Source: an uncultured Gemmatimonadales bacterium (GTDB taxonomy: Bacteria > Gemmatimonadota > Gemmatimonadetes > Longimicrobiales > RSA9). From it: a stretch of DNA of 64,000 nucleotides. Under the pieces are notes generated by a model that ran no database searches, was not told the origin of the DNA, and was given only the letters and a program-made list of their open reading frames with translations. The DNA lies in assembly GCA_963798085.1 (NCBI GenBank), contig CAWCRS010000007.1, positions 320,001-384,000 on the forward strand. The letters are read 5' to 3'. Below are positions 1 through 8,826 of the stretch, one piece after another (within the stretch, counting starts at the first letter, position 1; the number at the start of each line of letters is the position of its first letter). The position numbers and the translations under genes were made by a program.

Positions 1-1307
1 ACGCGCCGCCACCCAGCGAGTTCCTGGCCCGCCGCCCACCAGCTGAACAGCCGGTTAGTCCCGCGTCGCTGCGTGGCGCCCTCGATGCCATCGTGGCGCG
101 CGCGCTCGAGAAGGATCCGGCCCGCCGTTATGCGTCGGTCGCGGAATTGTCCGGAGATCTGCGCCGCCACCTCGATCCGCAGGTCAGCCCGGAACCGCCC
201 GCGATCCCGCCGCTACCCATCAGCAGCACGCCGGCACACCGCAGAAACACCCTGCTGATGGGCGGCATTGTGCTCGTCCTGGCGGCTGCGGGAATGGCCG
301 CGGCCGTCCTGCGTCTGGCGCAGCAGCGGGATCGCGCACTTGCCCAGGCAAGGGCTTCGGCGGAGGTGTCCGCATACATGACCGGGTTGCTGCGCGGCGC
401 GGCGCCCGGCGCTGACACGAGTGTCAGCGTGCGCCAGCTGCTGGACCGCGCTGCAGCACTGGATTCGATTTCGACGGACGCGCCTGCGGCAAGAGCGGGC
501 AGGCTGGCCGTGATCGTGGATGCACACCGCGCGGCGGGGGACTACCAGCGCGCGGCACAGCTGGCGCAACGGCTCGTGGGATTGGAAGAGCAGGGAGGCA
601 CGGACGCGGATCGCGCGGCCGCGCTCGTGCGACTCGGCACAGCGTTGTTCGAATCGCAAGGCGCCACTGATTCCGCGCGCGCAGTGCTCGGCCGCGCGGT
701 CACGATTGCCGACCGGCTCCGCAGCACCGCGGGCGATACCATCCTGCCCGTCGCCCTGATCGAGCTGGCGCGCACTCTGACGGCAGCAGAGCAGTACGCC
801 GAAGCCGGGACACCCGCACGCCGCGCCCTGGATCTGGACCAGCACGCGCACGGACACGACGATCCGCGCATCGCGTACGATCTCACCACGCTGGCCGCTC
901 TGGAACGCAGGCTGGGACGGCTGGCTGACGCGGAAACGCACTATCAGGAAGCAATGGACATCTACCGCGCAGCTGTGCCCGCGGACAGCGCCGCAGCCGC
1001 TCGCGCCATGCTGGGCCTTGCTAATGTGCTGTTGGAAAACCACCAGCCGGCGCAGGCCGAGCCCCTGGCTCGTGCCGCGCTGCGCCAGTTCCAGATGACG
1101 CTGCCCCCCGCACACCGCCGCATCGCACTGGCGCGCGCCGTGCTGGGTGCAGTCCTCGCCGCACGCGGTCAGTACGATGAAGCCGGGCCGCTCCTGACAG
1201 CGGGTTATGATGCGCTGCGCAAGGCGCCCGGCGCGTCACCCGCCGATCTGCGCGACGCCGCCAGCCGCCTCGCCGGATTCCAGAAACCCGCGGGTCGCCA
1301 GAACTGA
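1..1307 (+). CDS. Ser/Thr protein kinase with TM helix and C-terminal TPR repeats (5' truncated by window)
   Basis: Frame open from base 3: LRGALDAIVARALEKDPARRYASVAELSGDLRRHL (kinase subdomain XI), then a hydrophobic helix and TPR-like repeats (GRLADAETHYQEAMDI, GQYDEAGPLL). Confidence 0.85.
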   Translation, partial: APPPSEFLARRPPAEQPVSPASLRGALDAIVARALEKDPARRYASVAELSGDLRRHLDPQVSPEPPAIPPLPISSTPAHRRNTLLMGGIVLVLAAAGMAAAVLRLAQQRDRALAQARASAEVSAYMTGLLRGAAPGADTSVSVRQLLDRAAALDSISTDAPAARAGRLAVIVDAHRAAGDYQRAAQLAQRLVGLEEQGGTDADRAAALVRLGTALFESQGATDSARAVLGRAVTIADRLRSTAGDTILPVALIELARTLTAAEQYAEAGTPARRALDLDQHAHGHDDPRIAYDLTTLAALERRLGRLADAETHYQEAMDIYRAAVPADSAAAARAMLGLANVLLENHQPAQAEPLARAALRQFQMTLPPAHRRIALARAVLGAVLAARGQYDEAGPLLTAGYDALRKAPGASPADLRDAASRLAGFQKPAGRQN

Positions 1308-1347
1308 TGGACCGTCTCCGAGCCCCCGATATGGCTCCGTGAATCCT

Positions 1348-1776
1348 TCAGTGTTCCTGCGCCACCGACTCCAGCACGCGGTGCAGCCGGGCGCTCACTT
1401 CCCTCGCCAGCGGCCGGATCTCTTCGCGGCCCGCCAGCGAGAGCGCCGCTTCGGGGTCCATGATCGAGACGACCGTCTGCTCCGCGTCTTCTGCCGCATA
1501 CACGATCACGTTGCACGGCAGCAGCAGGCCGATCTCACGCTCCGCCACCAGCGCCTGGTGCGCCAGCGGCGGATTACACGCGCCCAGTATCACGTACGGC
1601 GGAAAATCGACGCCCAGCTTCTTCTTCATGGTGGCCGCGACATCGATCTCCGTCAGCACACCGAAGCCTTCCTTCGCAAGCGCGAAACGCGCCTTCTCCA
1701 GCGCGGCCGCAAAAGGCATCCGCACCGTCGTGCCGAAGCCGTACGCTGTTGCATGCCCGGTCAAAGCAGTCTCCAT
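1348..1776 (-). CDS. DUF302 domain protein
   Basis: EGFGVLTEIDV...YVILGACNPPLA...IGLLLPCNV motifs. Confidence 0.9.
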   Translation of the reverse strand: METALTGHATAYGFGTTVRMPFAAALEKARFALAKEGFGVLTEIDVAATMKKKLGVDFPPYVILGACNPPLAHQALVAEREIGLLLPCNVIVYAAEDAEQTVVSIMDPEAALSLAGREEIRPLAREVSARLHRVLESVAQEH

Positions 1777-1816
1777 TGCTGGTGCAACGCCTCACCCGAT
1801 GAACGCAGACCGGCGC

Positions 1817-2188
1817 TTACTGCGCGCCGGCCGCACCGGTCTCCGCGGGCGAGTCCACACTTGTCAGCGAATCCTCGATCAGCTTCGCCAGATAGGCCTT
1901 CGGCGCCGCGCCGGCCACTCCATTGACGGGCACACCGTCACGGAAGATCGCGATCGTCGGTATGGAACGGATTCCGTACCCGCCCGCCGTCTGCGGCGCC
2001 TCGTCCACATTCAGCTTGCCGAAGCGCACGCGCCCCGCGTACTCCGTCGCCAGAGCCTCCAGCACCGGCGCCACCGCGCGACACGGCCCGCACCACGGCG
2101 CCCAGAAATCCACCACCATCAGACCCGTGCCGTTCTCCACCTCGGTCGCGAAGTTCTGATCCGTCAATTCCATCATGTTCGCATGCAT
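1817..2188 (-). CDS. trxA: Thioredoxin
   Basis: VVDFWAPWCGPC active site, YGIRSIPT cis-Pro loop; start taken at MHANMMELTDQNF. Confidence 0.95.
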   Translation of the reverse strand: MHANMMELTDQNFATEVENGTGLMVVDFWAPWCGPCRAVAPVLEALATEYAGRVRFGKLNVDEAPQTAGGYGIRSIPTIAIFRDGVPVNGVAGAAPKAYLAKLIEDSLTSVDSPAETGAAGAQ

Positions 2189-2579
2189 TGAAGGCCTCTG
2201 CCGTTTCCGTTCGTTTCGCGCGCCAGGCGGTCCCGCCGCCACCGCGCCCGCATACCCACACCGGTGCGCCCGCTCCCGTCCGACGAACGGGTGGCGTGCC
2301 GCGCGTGTAGAACTACACGACCATATGGTAATATAGTCGGCAGCGCTCGTCAAGGCCGGCAAACCCACACGACCTCTGCACGGCACCACTACGCACCCGG
2401 CCCAACCGAGCGCACCGGGACGACGCCCCGGCGCGCGTACCGCTTGCATCGCCCGGGCGGCCGCCCGATTCTCACCCCCGGGTACGCGCCGGGGACGCCT
2501 TGCACGCCGCCAGGCCCGGTTCTTCCCGTCGCAACCACGGCTCGCGGACCGGCAGCACGCGCAACCCGCACGCGAAGGG

Positions 2580-3926
2580 GTGGTAGCACAGATTCCCGAA
2601 GAACCAGACAGGAGATCCCCGGCGCGCGGCAAGGCTCTGCTGCGAGCCCTGCGACACCGCAACTACCGCCTCTTCTTCACCGGGCAGAGTGTTTCGCTCA
2701 TCGGCACGTGGATCACGCGCGTTGCCACCAGCTGGCTGGTCTATCGCCTCACGCACTCGGCGGGCATGCTCGGCATCGTCGGCTTCGCGGGTCAGATTCC
2801 GACCTTCCTGCTCGCGCCCTTCGCCGGCGTCTGGGTAGACCGGCTGGACCGCTATCGCGTACTCCTCACCACGCAGGTGCTGGCCATGCTGCAGTCGTTC
2901 GCGCTCGCGGCGCTTGCGCTTTCCGGCGTCATCCAGATCTGGCACGTGCTGGCGCTGCAGGCGTTCCAGGGCATGATCAACGCATTCGACACGCCCGCGC
3001 GGCAGTCGTTCGTCGTCGAGATGGTGGCGGACCGCGTCGATCTGCCCAATGCCATTGCGCTGAATTCGTCGATCGTGAACGGTGCGCGGCTGATCGGACC
3101 ATCCATCGCGGGACTGCTCATCGCGTGGGTGGGCGAGGGCTGGTGTTTCCTGGTCGACGGCGTGAGCTACATCGCGGTCATTGTCTCGCTGCTGCTCATG
3201 CGCATCGTGCGCCGGCAGCGCGCGGCGCGCACCGCGAACATGCTCGAGGATCTGCGCAGCGGGTTTCGCTACGCGCTGGGCTTTCCGCCCATCCTCGCGC
3301 TGCTGCTGCTGCTCGCGCTGGTCAGCCTCGCGGGCATGCCCTACACCGTGCTCCTGCCCCTCGTCGCGGACCGCGTGCTGCACGGCGGCTCGCACACACT
3401 CGGCTTCCTCATGGGCGCGGCCGGTGTGGGCGCATTGTTCGGTGCGCTGTATCTCGCTTCCCGCAACACCGTGTTGGGGCTCGGTCGCGTGATCGCACTG
3501 GCCACCGCCCTGTTCGGTGCCGCGCTGGTAGCCTTCTCCTTTTCCCGGTGGCTGCTGCTCTCGCTGGCGCTCCTGGCCCTCGTGGGTACGGGGTTCATGG
3601 TGCAGATCGCCGCCTCCAACACCGTGTTGCAGACCATCGTGCGCGAGGAAATGCGCGGCCGCGTCATGGCCTTCTACACGATGGCGTTCATGGGCATGGC
3701 TCCTTTCGGCAGTCTGCTCGCCGGCGCCCTTGCCGCCCGCCTGGGCGCTCCCGCCGCCATCCGCGCGGGCGGCATCGGCTGCCTCGCCGGAGCCGCTGTT
3801 TTCGCTCGCTGGCTGCCGCGCATACGCGAGCACGTCGTACCCATCTACATTGAGCGCGGCATCCTGCCGCAGGTGGCAACCGGCCTCGCCTCGGCCACCG
3901 CACTGCGTCAGGAAATCGAACGCTGA
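2580..3926 (+). CDS. MFS transporter (MFS_3/EntS-like)
   Basis: About 12 hydrophobic segments; RALRHRNYRLFFTGQ, GVWVDRLDRYR, EEMRGRV motifs. Confidence 0.9.
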   Translation: MVAQIPEEPDRRSPARGKALLRALRHRNYRLFFTGQSVSLIGTWITRVATSWLVYRLTHSAGMLGIVGFAGQIPTFLLAPFAGVWVDRLDRYRVLLTTQVLAMLQSFALAALALSGVIQIWHVLALQAFQGMINAFDTPARQSFVVEMVADRVDLPNAIALNSSIVNGARLIGPSIAGLLIAWVGEGWCFLVDGVSYIAVIVSLLLMRIVRRQRAARTANMLEDLRSGFRYALGFPPILALLLLLALVSLAGMPYTVLLPLVADRVLHGGSHTLGFLMGAAGVGALFGALYLASRNTVLGLGRVIALATALFGAALVAFSFSRWLLLSLALLALVGTGFMVQIAASNTVLQTIVREEMRGRVMAFYTMAFMGMAPFGSLLAGALAARLGAPAAIRAGGIGCLAGAAVFARWLPRIREHVVPIYIERGILPQVATGLASATALRQEIER

Positions 3927-3943
3927 CCGGAACGGAGCGTTGC

Positions 3944-4654
3944 ATGGCGAACCGTGAATGGGTGGACCTGAATGTCGCGGATGGCACGACGATGCGCGCG
4001 TGGGTGCAGCGCCCGGAAGAAGACGGTGTCCACCCGGGCGTGCTCGTGCTGCAGGAAGCATTCGGCGTGAACGCGCACATGCGCGATGTTGCGGCCCGCT
4101 TCGCGGCGCAGGGCTACACGGCGATCGCGCCCGAGATGTTCCACCGCACGGCCCCCGGTTTCGATGGCCACTACAATGACATGCCCGGCGTGATGCCGCA
4201 CATCCAGGCTCTCACCACGGAGGGCATGACCGCCAATGTGGTGGCCGCGCATGAATGGATCAGTCACCAGCCTGATGTCGATGCCGCCCGCATCGCAGCG
4301 GTGGGCTTCTGCATGGGTGGCCGCGGCGCCTGGCTGGCCAATGCCGCAGTGCCTCTCGCGGCTTCCGTATCATACTACGGTGGCGGCATCGCACCGGGCC
4401 TGCTCGATCGCGCCGCCACGCTGCACGGACCCCAGCTGCTCTACTGGGCGGGCCGCGACGCGCGCATCCTGCCCGAGCATTACCGCGCTGTGGACGACGC
4501 GCTCCGCCACGCGGACCGGCGCTACGCCAGTGTCGTCTTCTCGCAGGCGCAGCACGGCTTCTTCAACGACCAGCGCAACACGTACGATGGGCCCGCCGCC
4601 ACGCAGTCATGGGCGCTCACATTGGCGTTCCTGCGCAGCTGTGTGCTCGAGTGA
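3944..4654 (+). CDS. Dienelactone hydrolase family protein
   Basis: LQEAFGVN, nucleophile GFCMGG, HGFF triad motifs. Confidence 0.92.
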   Translation: MANREWVDLNVADGTTMRAWVQRPEEDGVHPGVLVLQEAFGVNAHMRDVAARFAAQGYTAIAPEMFHRTAPGFDGHYNDMPGVMPHIQALTTEGMTANVVAAHEWISHQPDVDAARIAAVGFCMGGRGAWLANAAVPLAASVSYYGGGIAPGLLDRAATLHGPQLLYWAGRDARILPEHYRAVDDALRHADRRYASVVFSQAQHGFFNDQRNTYDGPAATQSWALTLAFLRSCVLE

Positions 4655-4684
4655 TAACAGCATGTTCCAGCTTCTCCCAGCCGG

Positions 4685-5881
4685 ATGCCGGCGGCGCCCA
4701 TGAGTAATCTCTCGCCGTCCACGAATGTACCCGACGTCGCCGCGATCGACCGCATTGTCGCGCTGCCCGATCTGGTGCTCCGCAACCTGCAGGTCACGCA
4801 GTGTTACGCGGATCTCGCCACGGCCTTTGCCGCGCGCACCGGCATCACAGGAGCCAACTGGTGTGCCTTTGCCGCGTGGGCCTCGCGCCAGGCGGGTCAG
4901 AGCATCCGCGGCGAAGACCTCGATATGACGCTGCGCCGGGCCCTGGGTTCTCCCGCGGTCGTGCGCGAAATCGAGCGCGTCGCCGGCACGCTCCAGCGCC
5001 TGGGCGCAACCCTGTCCGCCGACCGCGTAACGCAGGTGCTGCAGCAGCTGCTCGACCCCGCGGCCATTCTGCAGCGCACCAGCGCCGCCGTGTCACGCGG
5101 CAACCTCAAGGTGTTCGACGAGATCGCCCGCGCCTTCGCGCGCTTCCTCGACCTGGCTCCGTCCTCTGCTGACACGGCTGTCATCACGGAATTCTGCGGC
5201 CAGTTGCGCGCCGGTGATCCGCCCGACGGCCAGCGTTTCCTGCAGCAGGCATTCACCCGCTACTTCGCCTTGCGGCGTGAAAGCGACGCCCGCACGCGTG
5301 CCCAGCACCTGCTGCTGGCCAACCTCGAGATCGGCTTCCACGAGCAGACCCGCCTGCAGCCCGAGATCGCGGCTGCTCTCGACGCGCCCATCCCGGATGC
5401 CCGCGAATTGTCCGCCAGCCTGCTGCGTCTGCTCTTGCCGTTGGGCGCCGGCCTGCTGTGGCGCGCCCGTCTGCTCTGGCACCGGCTCACGGGACAGCCC
5501 ACGCCGCTCGAGCTGGCGCTGCGCGATCTCGTCACCGTGACTCGCGCCGAACTGCGTCGCGTCATCACCAGTCACCTCATGATGCTGCGCATCGCGCACA
5601 CGGTGCTGAGTCTCGGCGACGACTTGAACGCCGGCTTTCCGCCCCTGCTCCAGCACGCCGATGATGCGGCGCTCATCGCCATGCTGCAGCAGGTCGATCC
5701 AACGCCTGACAGCTTGCAGCAGAGCGGCGCCCGCGACTGGGCCGACTTCGCCGATCGCATGCACTTCATTGCCGATCTGTTCCGTTGCTATCAGGAATCA
5801 CCCGAGCTGTTCGACTCGCCTTTCAGCGCCGAACAGGGGACAGCAATCAGAGAGGGCCGGATACCCTCCGGCCCTCTCTGA
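4685..5881 (+). CDS. Conserved-looking hypothetical helical protein
   Basis: 398-aa ORF co-oriented with upstream genes; motif-like blocks NWCAFAAWASRQAG, GNLKVFDEI, FHEQTRLQP, DWADFADRMHFI. Confidence 0.75.
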   Translation: MPAAPMSNLSPSTNVPDVAAIDRIVALPDLVLRNLQVTQCYADLATAFAARTGITGANWCAFAAWASRQAGQSIRGEDLDMTLRRALGSPAVVREIERVAGTLQRLGATLSADRVTQVLQQLLDPAAILQRTSAAVSRGNLKVFDEIARAFARFLDLAPSSADTAVITEFCGQLRAGDPPDGQRFLQQAFTRYFALRRESDARTRAQHLLLANLEIGFHEQTRLQPEIAAALDAPIPDARELSASLLRLLLPLGAGLLWRARLLWHRLTGQPTPLELALRDLVTVTRAELRRVITSHLMMLRIAHTVLSLGDDLNAGFPPLLQHADDAALIAMLQQVDPTPDSLQQSGARDWADFADRMHFIADLFRCYQESPELFDSPFSAEQGTAIREGRIPSGPL

Positions 5882-6073
5882 TGCGCAGCGCCTCGGCCGA
5901 CCATGTGCGGTCGCACCGGGCGGGTCGCCCGTGCTCACGCGAATATCGCGTTAGCGGCCCGCGGTTTCCCTGGTCGCCAGCGCACTGGCCGTGCTCGCGC
6001 TCCTGCTGCGTCACCCTGACCGGGAGCGCCGCATGCCGTCCGGCAGCATGGACACTCGAGCGTGTGATCGCCC

Positions 6074-7615
6074 TCAGTGGATTTGCGCGTCGAACGCGCC
6101 GGTCAGTACGCGGTCACCCCGCCGCACCTGCGCCCAGATCCGGTAGTGGCCGGGCTTCGGCAGCAGCAGCGGGAAGCGGATGTCGCCGGAGTAGCGCGCC
6201 TGGTCCGCACCCAGCATCATTCCGGCCATGGCTGCATCGCTCGTACCACCCGGGGCGTTGCGCTCCAGCGCCTCCTGCGCCGCCATCGAGAACGTGCCCA
6301 CGGGGTGCAGATGCAGGAACACCTGTCCATCATCCCGCGCCATCATGGTGTGCCCGGCCATGCCCATGTAGGGATCCAGCGTCACGGTCGCGCCATCCGC
6401 GCCGTTCACGCGGAACACCAGCTCCGCCTCCTGTCCCGCTGCCAGCCGGTCACTCCCGTTCACCCACGTCATGATCGAGCCATCCGCCAGTGTGCTGACA
6501 CCTGTGTTATCAACGGAGCCCTGCCACCAGGCATCGTCGGGATCCACCGCCGGCCGCGCAGCGGTTGCCGGGGCGGCACCAGCCGCCTCGCCCGCCCCCG
6601 GTACCTCGACCTCCGCGACCATCGTGTGCGAGAACCCGTCCGCGTGCACCAGATCGGCGTATACGCGGTAGCGCCCCGCCGCCAGCGTCGGCAGTGCCAG
6701 GTCGAAGGAATTCGCATCGACGCGCACCGGGTGCACGTGGCCGAACACCGCCGCATCGCCTTCGCGCACCAGGAACATGTGCATCAGCTTGCCGTGATCC
6801 GGAATCAGATCCGCCCGCCGGTACCGTCCGTTGCGTGTGCGCCAGGTCGAATCGTCGCGCATGACCCAGAGCGAATCCGTGATGGCGAAGTGCAGCACGG
6901 CGCCCGCAGGCGTCTCGCGGAGACTGGCTTGCGCGCTCCACGGCCGGTCCACTCGCGCCCGGTACTCCCGCGCATCCGCCTGGATCCACGTCCAGCCGCC
7001 GAACAGCATCAGTGCCAGCACCGCGCTGCCCGCTGCCATGGCGAAACGGGCACGCCGGCGCTCGCCGGCGCCCGGCTGCACGCCCGGCGCCAGCACGCTC
7101 TCACGCGCGCCCGCGCCCACGATCGTCAGCATACCCACGACCAGGAACAGTCCGCCCGCCAGGATGAAGAAGCCCAGCCCGCGCGGCATGGATAACTGCG
7201 CGTTGGCTCTCGCCACCACCGGTACGGTTGCCGTGCCTCGGCCCGCGCTGCCGGCCACCGTCACGATCACGCTGTATGCGCCGCGCGTCATGAACCAGAG
7301 CTGCGCCGCCCAGACGCCCGGCGCGCCTGGTACCGGCTTCGCTGCATCCGGAGGCGGTGCCTGGCCCACCGCACCAATGCGTCGCAGCGCGGTCACCAGC
7401 ACCGTGTCCGGCGTACCTCCCTCCGTGTGCACCGTGATGTCCGCCAGCCCCGGAATCACGCCCGGCTGCCGCACGCTCACCCGCACACCCCAGGGACCGG
7501 CCCGGCCCACGAAATACACGTCGTCGCTGCCCACGTGTGCTGATAACAGCGTGCTTGCCAGCGCTAGCGCGGCCAGGCGCAGCCTCAGCCGCCCGCGTGA
7601 CCCGGTCGCGCTCAT
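6074..7615 (-). CDS. Exported two-TM His/Met-rich putative copper-binding protein
   Basis: ATGA overlap with upstream stop; signal peptide ending LLSA|H; two central TM helices; PDHGKLMH, HVHP, PYMGMAGH and HLHP motifs. Confidence 0.8.
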   Translation of the reverse strand: MSATGSRGRLRLRLAALALASTLLSAHVGSDDVYFVGRAGPWGVRVSVRQPGVIPGLADITVHTEGGTPDTVLVTALRRIGAVGQAPPPDAAKPVPGAPGVWAAQLWFMTRGAYSVIVTVAGSAGRGTATVPVVARANAQLSMPRGLGFFILAGGLFLVVGMLTIVGAGARESVLAPGVQPGAGERRRARFAMAAGSAVLALMLFGGWTWIQADAREYRARVDRPWSAQASLRETPAGAVLHFAITDSLWVMRDDSTWRTRNGRYRRADLIPDHGKLMHMFLVREGDAAVFGHVHPVRVDANSFDLALPTLAAGRYRVYADLVHADGFSHTMVAEVEVPGAGEAAGAAPATAARPAVDPDDAWWQGSVDNTGVSTLADGSIMTWVNGSDRLAAGQEAELVFRVNGADGATVTLDPYMGMAGHTMMARDDGQVFLHLHPVGTFSMAAQEALERNAPGGTSDAAMAGMMLGADQARYSGDIRFPLLLPKPGHYRIWAQVRRGDRVLTGAFDAQIH

Positions 7616-8817
7616 CGCTGCACCCGGCGCATCCAATCGCCCCACCACAGACCCGCACGCGTCGAAAGCACCGCGCACAGCAGCGCCCAGCCCAGCCCGC
7701 GCAGCAGCAGCAGCGGACTGAACGCACCGTCCCGGCCGCGATCCACGAAGAAGCGCGACAGACCCGGACTCAGCTGCTGCGCGTAGGGAAAGTGTTGCGC
7801 CAGGAAGAAGTCGTTCTGTGCCAGCGGCGAACGCAGCAGGAAGCTGCCGAACGCCCAGTGCGTAATCAGCATCGTCGCCACAAACAGGACGCCGCCCAGA
7901 GCCGCACGCTGCCAGTCGCTCGCCTGCGGCAGGCGCCGGAGCAGCACGTCGAATGCTGCGGCCGGCACGATCAGCAGCAGCGGGAATCCGAATGCCGCCA
8001 TGTGCGTGAGCGGGTTCAGGATCGGCGTCAACCGCGGTGTCGCCGGGAATTGTACCAGCACCCATTGCGGGATGAGGAATACACCCGTGTAGAACAGCGT
8101 TGTCAGCGTGGCCGGCCAGCGCACGCGGCCCGCCTTCGCCACTGCTGCCAGGAACAGCGGAAACACGAGCGCGCTCGCCATGTACATGCCGCGACTGTGC
8201 CACAGATTGGGAATCAGTGTGTACTCGGAGGCGGCCGTGCCCACCATCGCGATCAGAGCGCCGGCGGCGTACGCGAAGGCCACGCCGAAACGCCCCGCGC
8301 GCTCACTCGCCGCGCGGTTCTGCAGCCCCAGCACCAGCAGCATCGCGCCCAGCTGGATCGCGATCATGCCCAGCAGCAGCACCACGTGCGGCGGGCTCAG
8401 GATCTGCACGTCCAGCCCGTACGCATTGTGCCACCAGTTGTCGAACGGCACGGAGAAGATCATCGCGAACGCACCCCAGATCGCCACCCAGCCGCCCAGC
8501 GGTCCGCGGAATCCCCAGAAGCGCACCGTCCGCCCCCGCTCTGCGGCCGATCCCGCGAACGTCGTCCGCAGCACCAGCCAGCCGCACGACAGCCCCGCCA
8601 GGCTCGCGCCCACCTGCTCCAGGATGTGCGGCGGGCTCCACAGCCGGTCGCGCCCGATCGACATGTGCCATGAGATGTCCCACAGCAGTCCCGTGATGAT
8701 GCACGTCGAGCAGAACAGCAGCGCGTACACGATCCAGCTCGCGCCATCCACGCCCCCGCGAGCGTGCGCCGGCGCCGGGACGGCGGCGCGCGCCTCCAGT
8801 ATCGTCGTCGACGCCAT
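7612..8817 (-). CDS. Multi-pass membrane protein with two PmoC/AmoC-like DxxWH...PPH metal motifs
   Basis: WDISWHMSIGRDRLWSPPH and FDNWWHNAYGLDVQILSPPH; many TM helices; GGAGG RBS upstream. Confidence 0.8.
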   Translation of the reverse strand: MASTTILEARAAVPAPAHARGGVDGASWIVYALLFCSTCIITGLLWDISWHMSIGRDRLWSPPHILEQVGASLAGLSCGWLVLRTTFAGSAAERGRTVRFWGFRGPLGGWVAIWGAFAMIFSVPFDNWWHNAYGLDVQILSPPHVVLLLGMIAIQLGAMLLVLGLQNRAASERAGRFGVAFAYAAGALIAMVGTAASEYTLIPNLWHSRGMYMASALVFPLFLAAVAKAGRVRWPATLTTLFYTGVFLIPQWVLVQFPATPRLTPILNPLTHMAAFGFPLLLIVPAAAFDVLLRRLPQASDWQRAALGGVLFVATMLITHWAFGSFLLRSPLAQNDFFLAQHFPYAQQLSPGLSRFFVDRGRDGAFSPLLLLRGLGWALLCAVLSTRAGLWWGDWMRRVQR

Positions 8818-8826
8818 AACCCTCCG

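Noticed and set aside
6074..8817. Bona fide pmoCAB/amoCAB operon
   Set aside because: No separate A subunit and similarity is limited to motif spacing and topology; methane or ammonia oxidation cannot be claimed.
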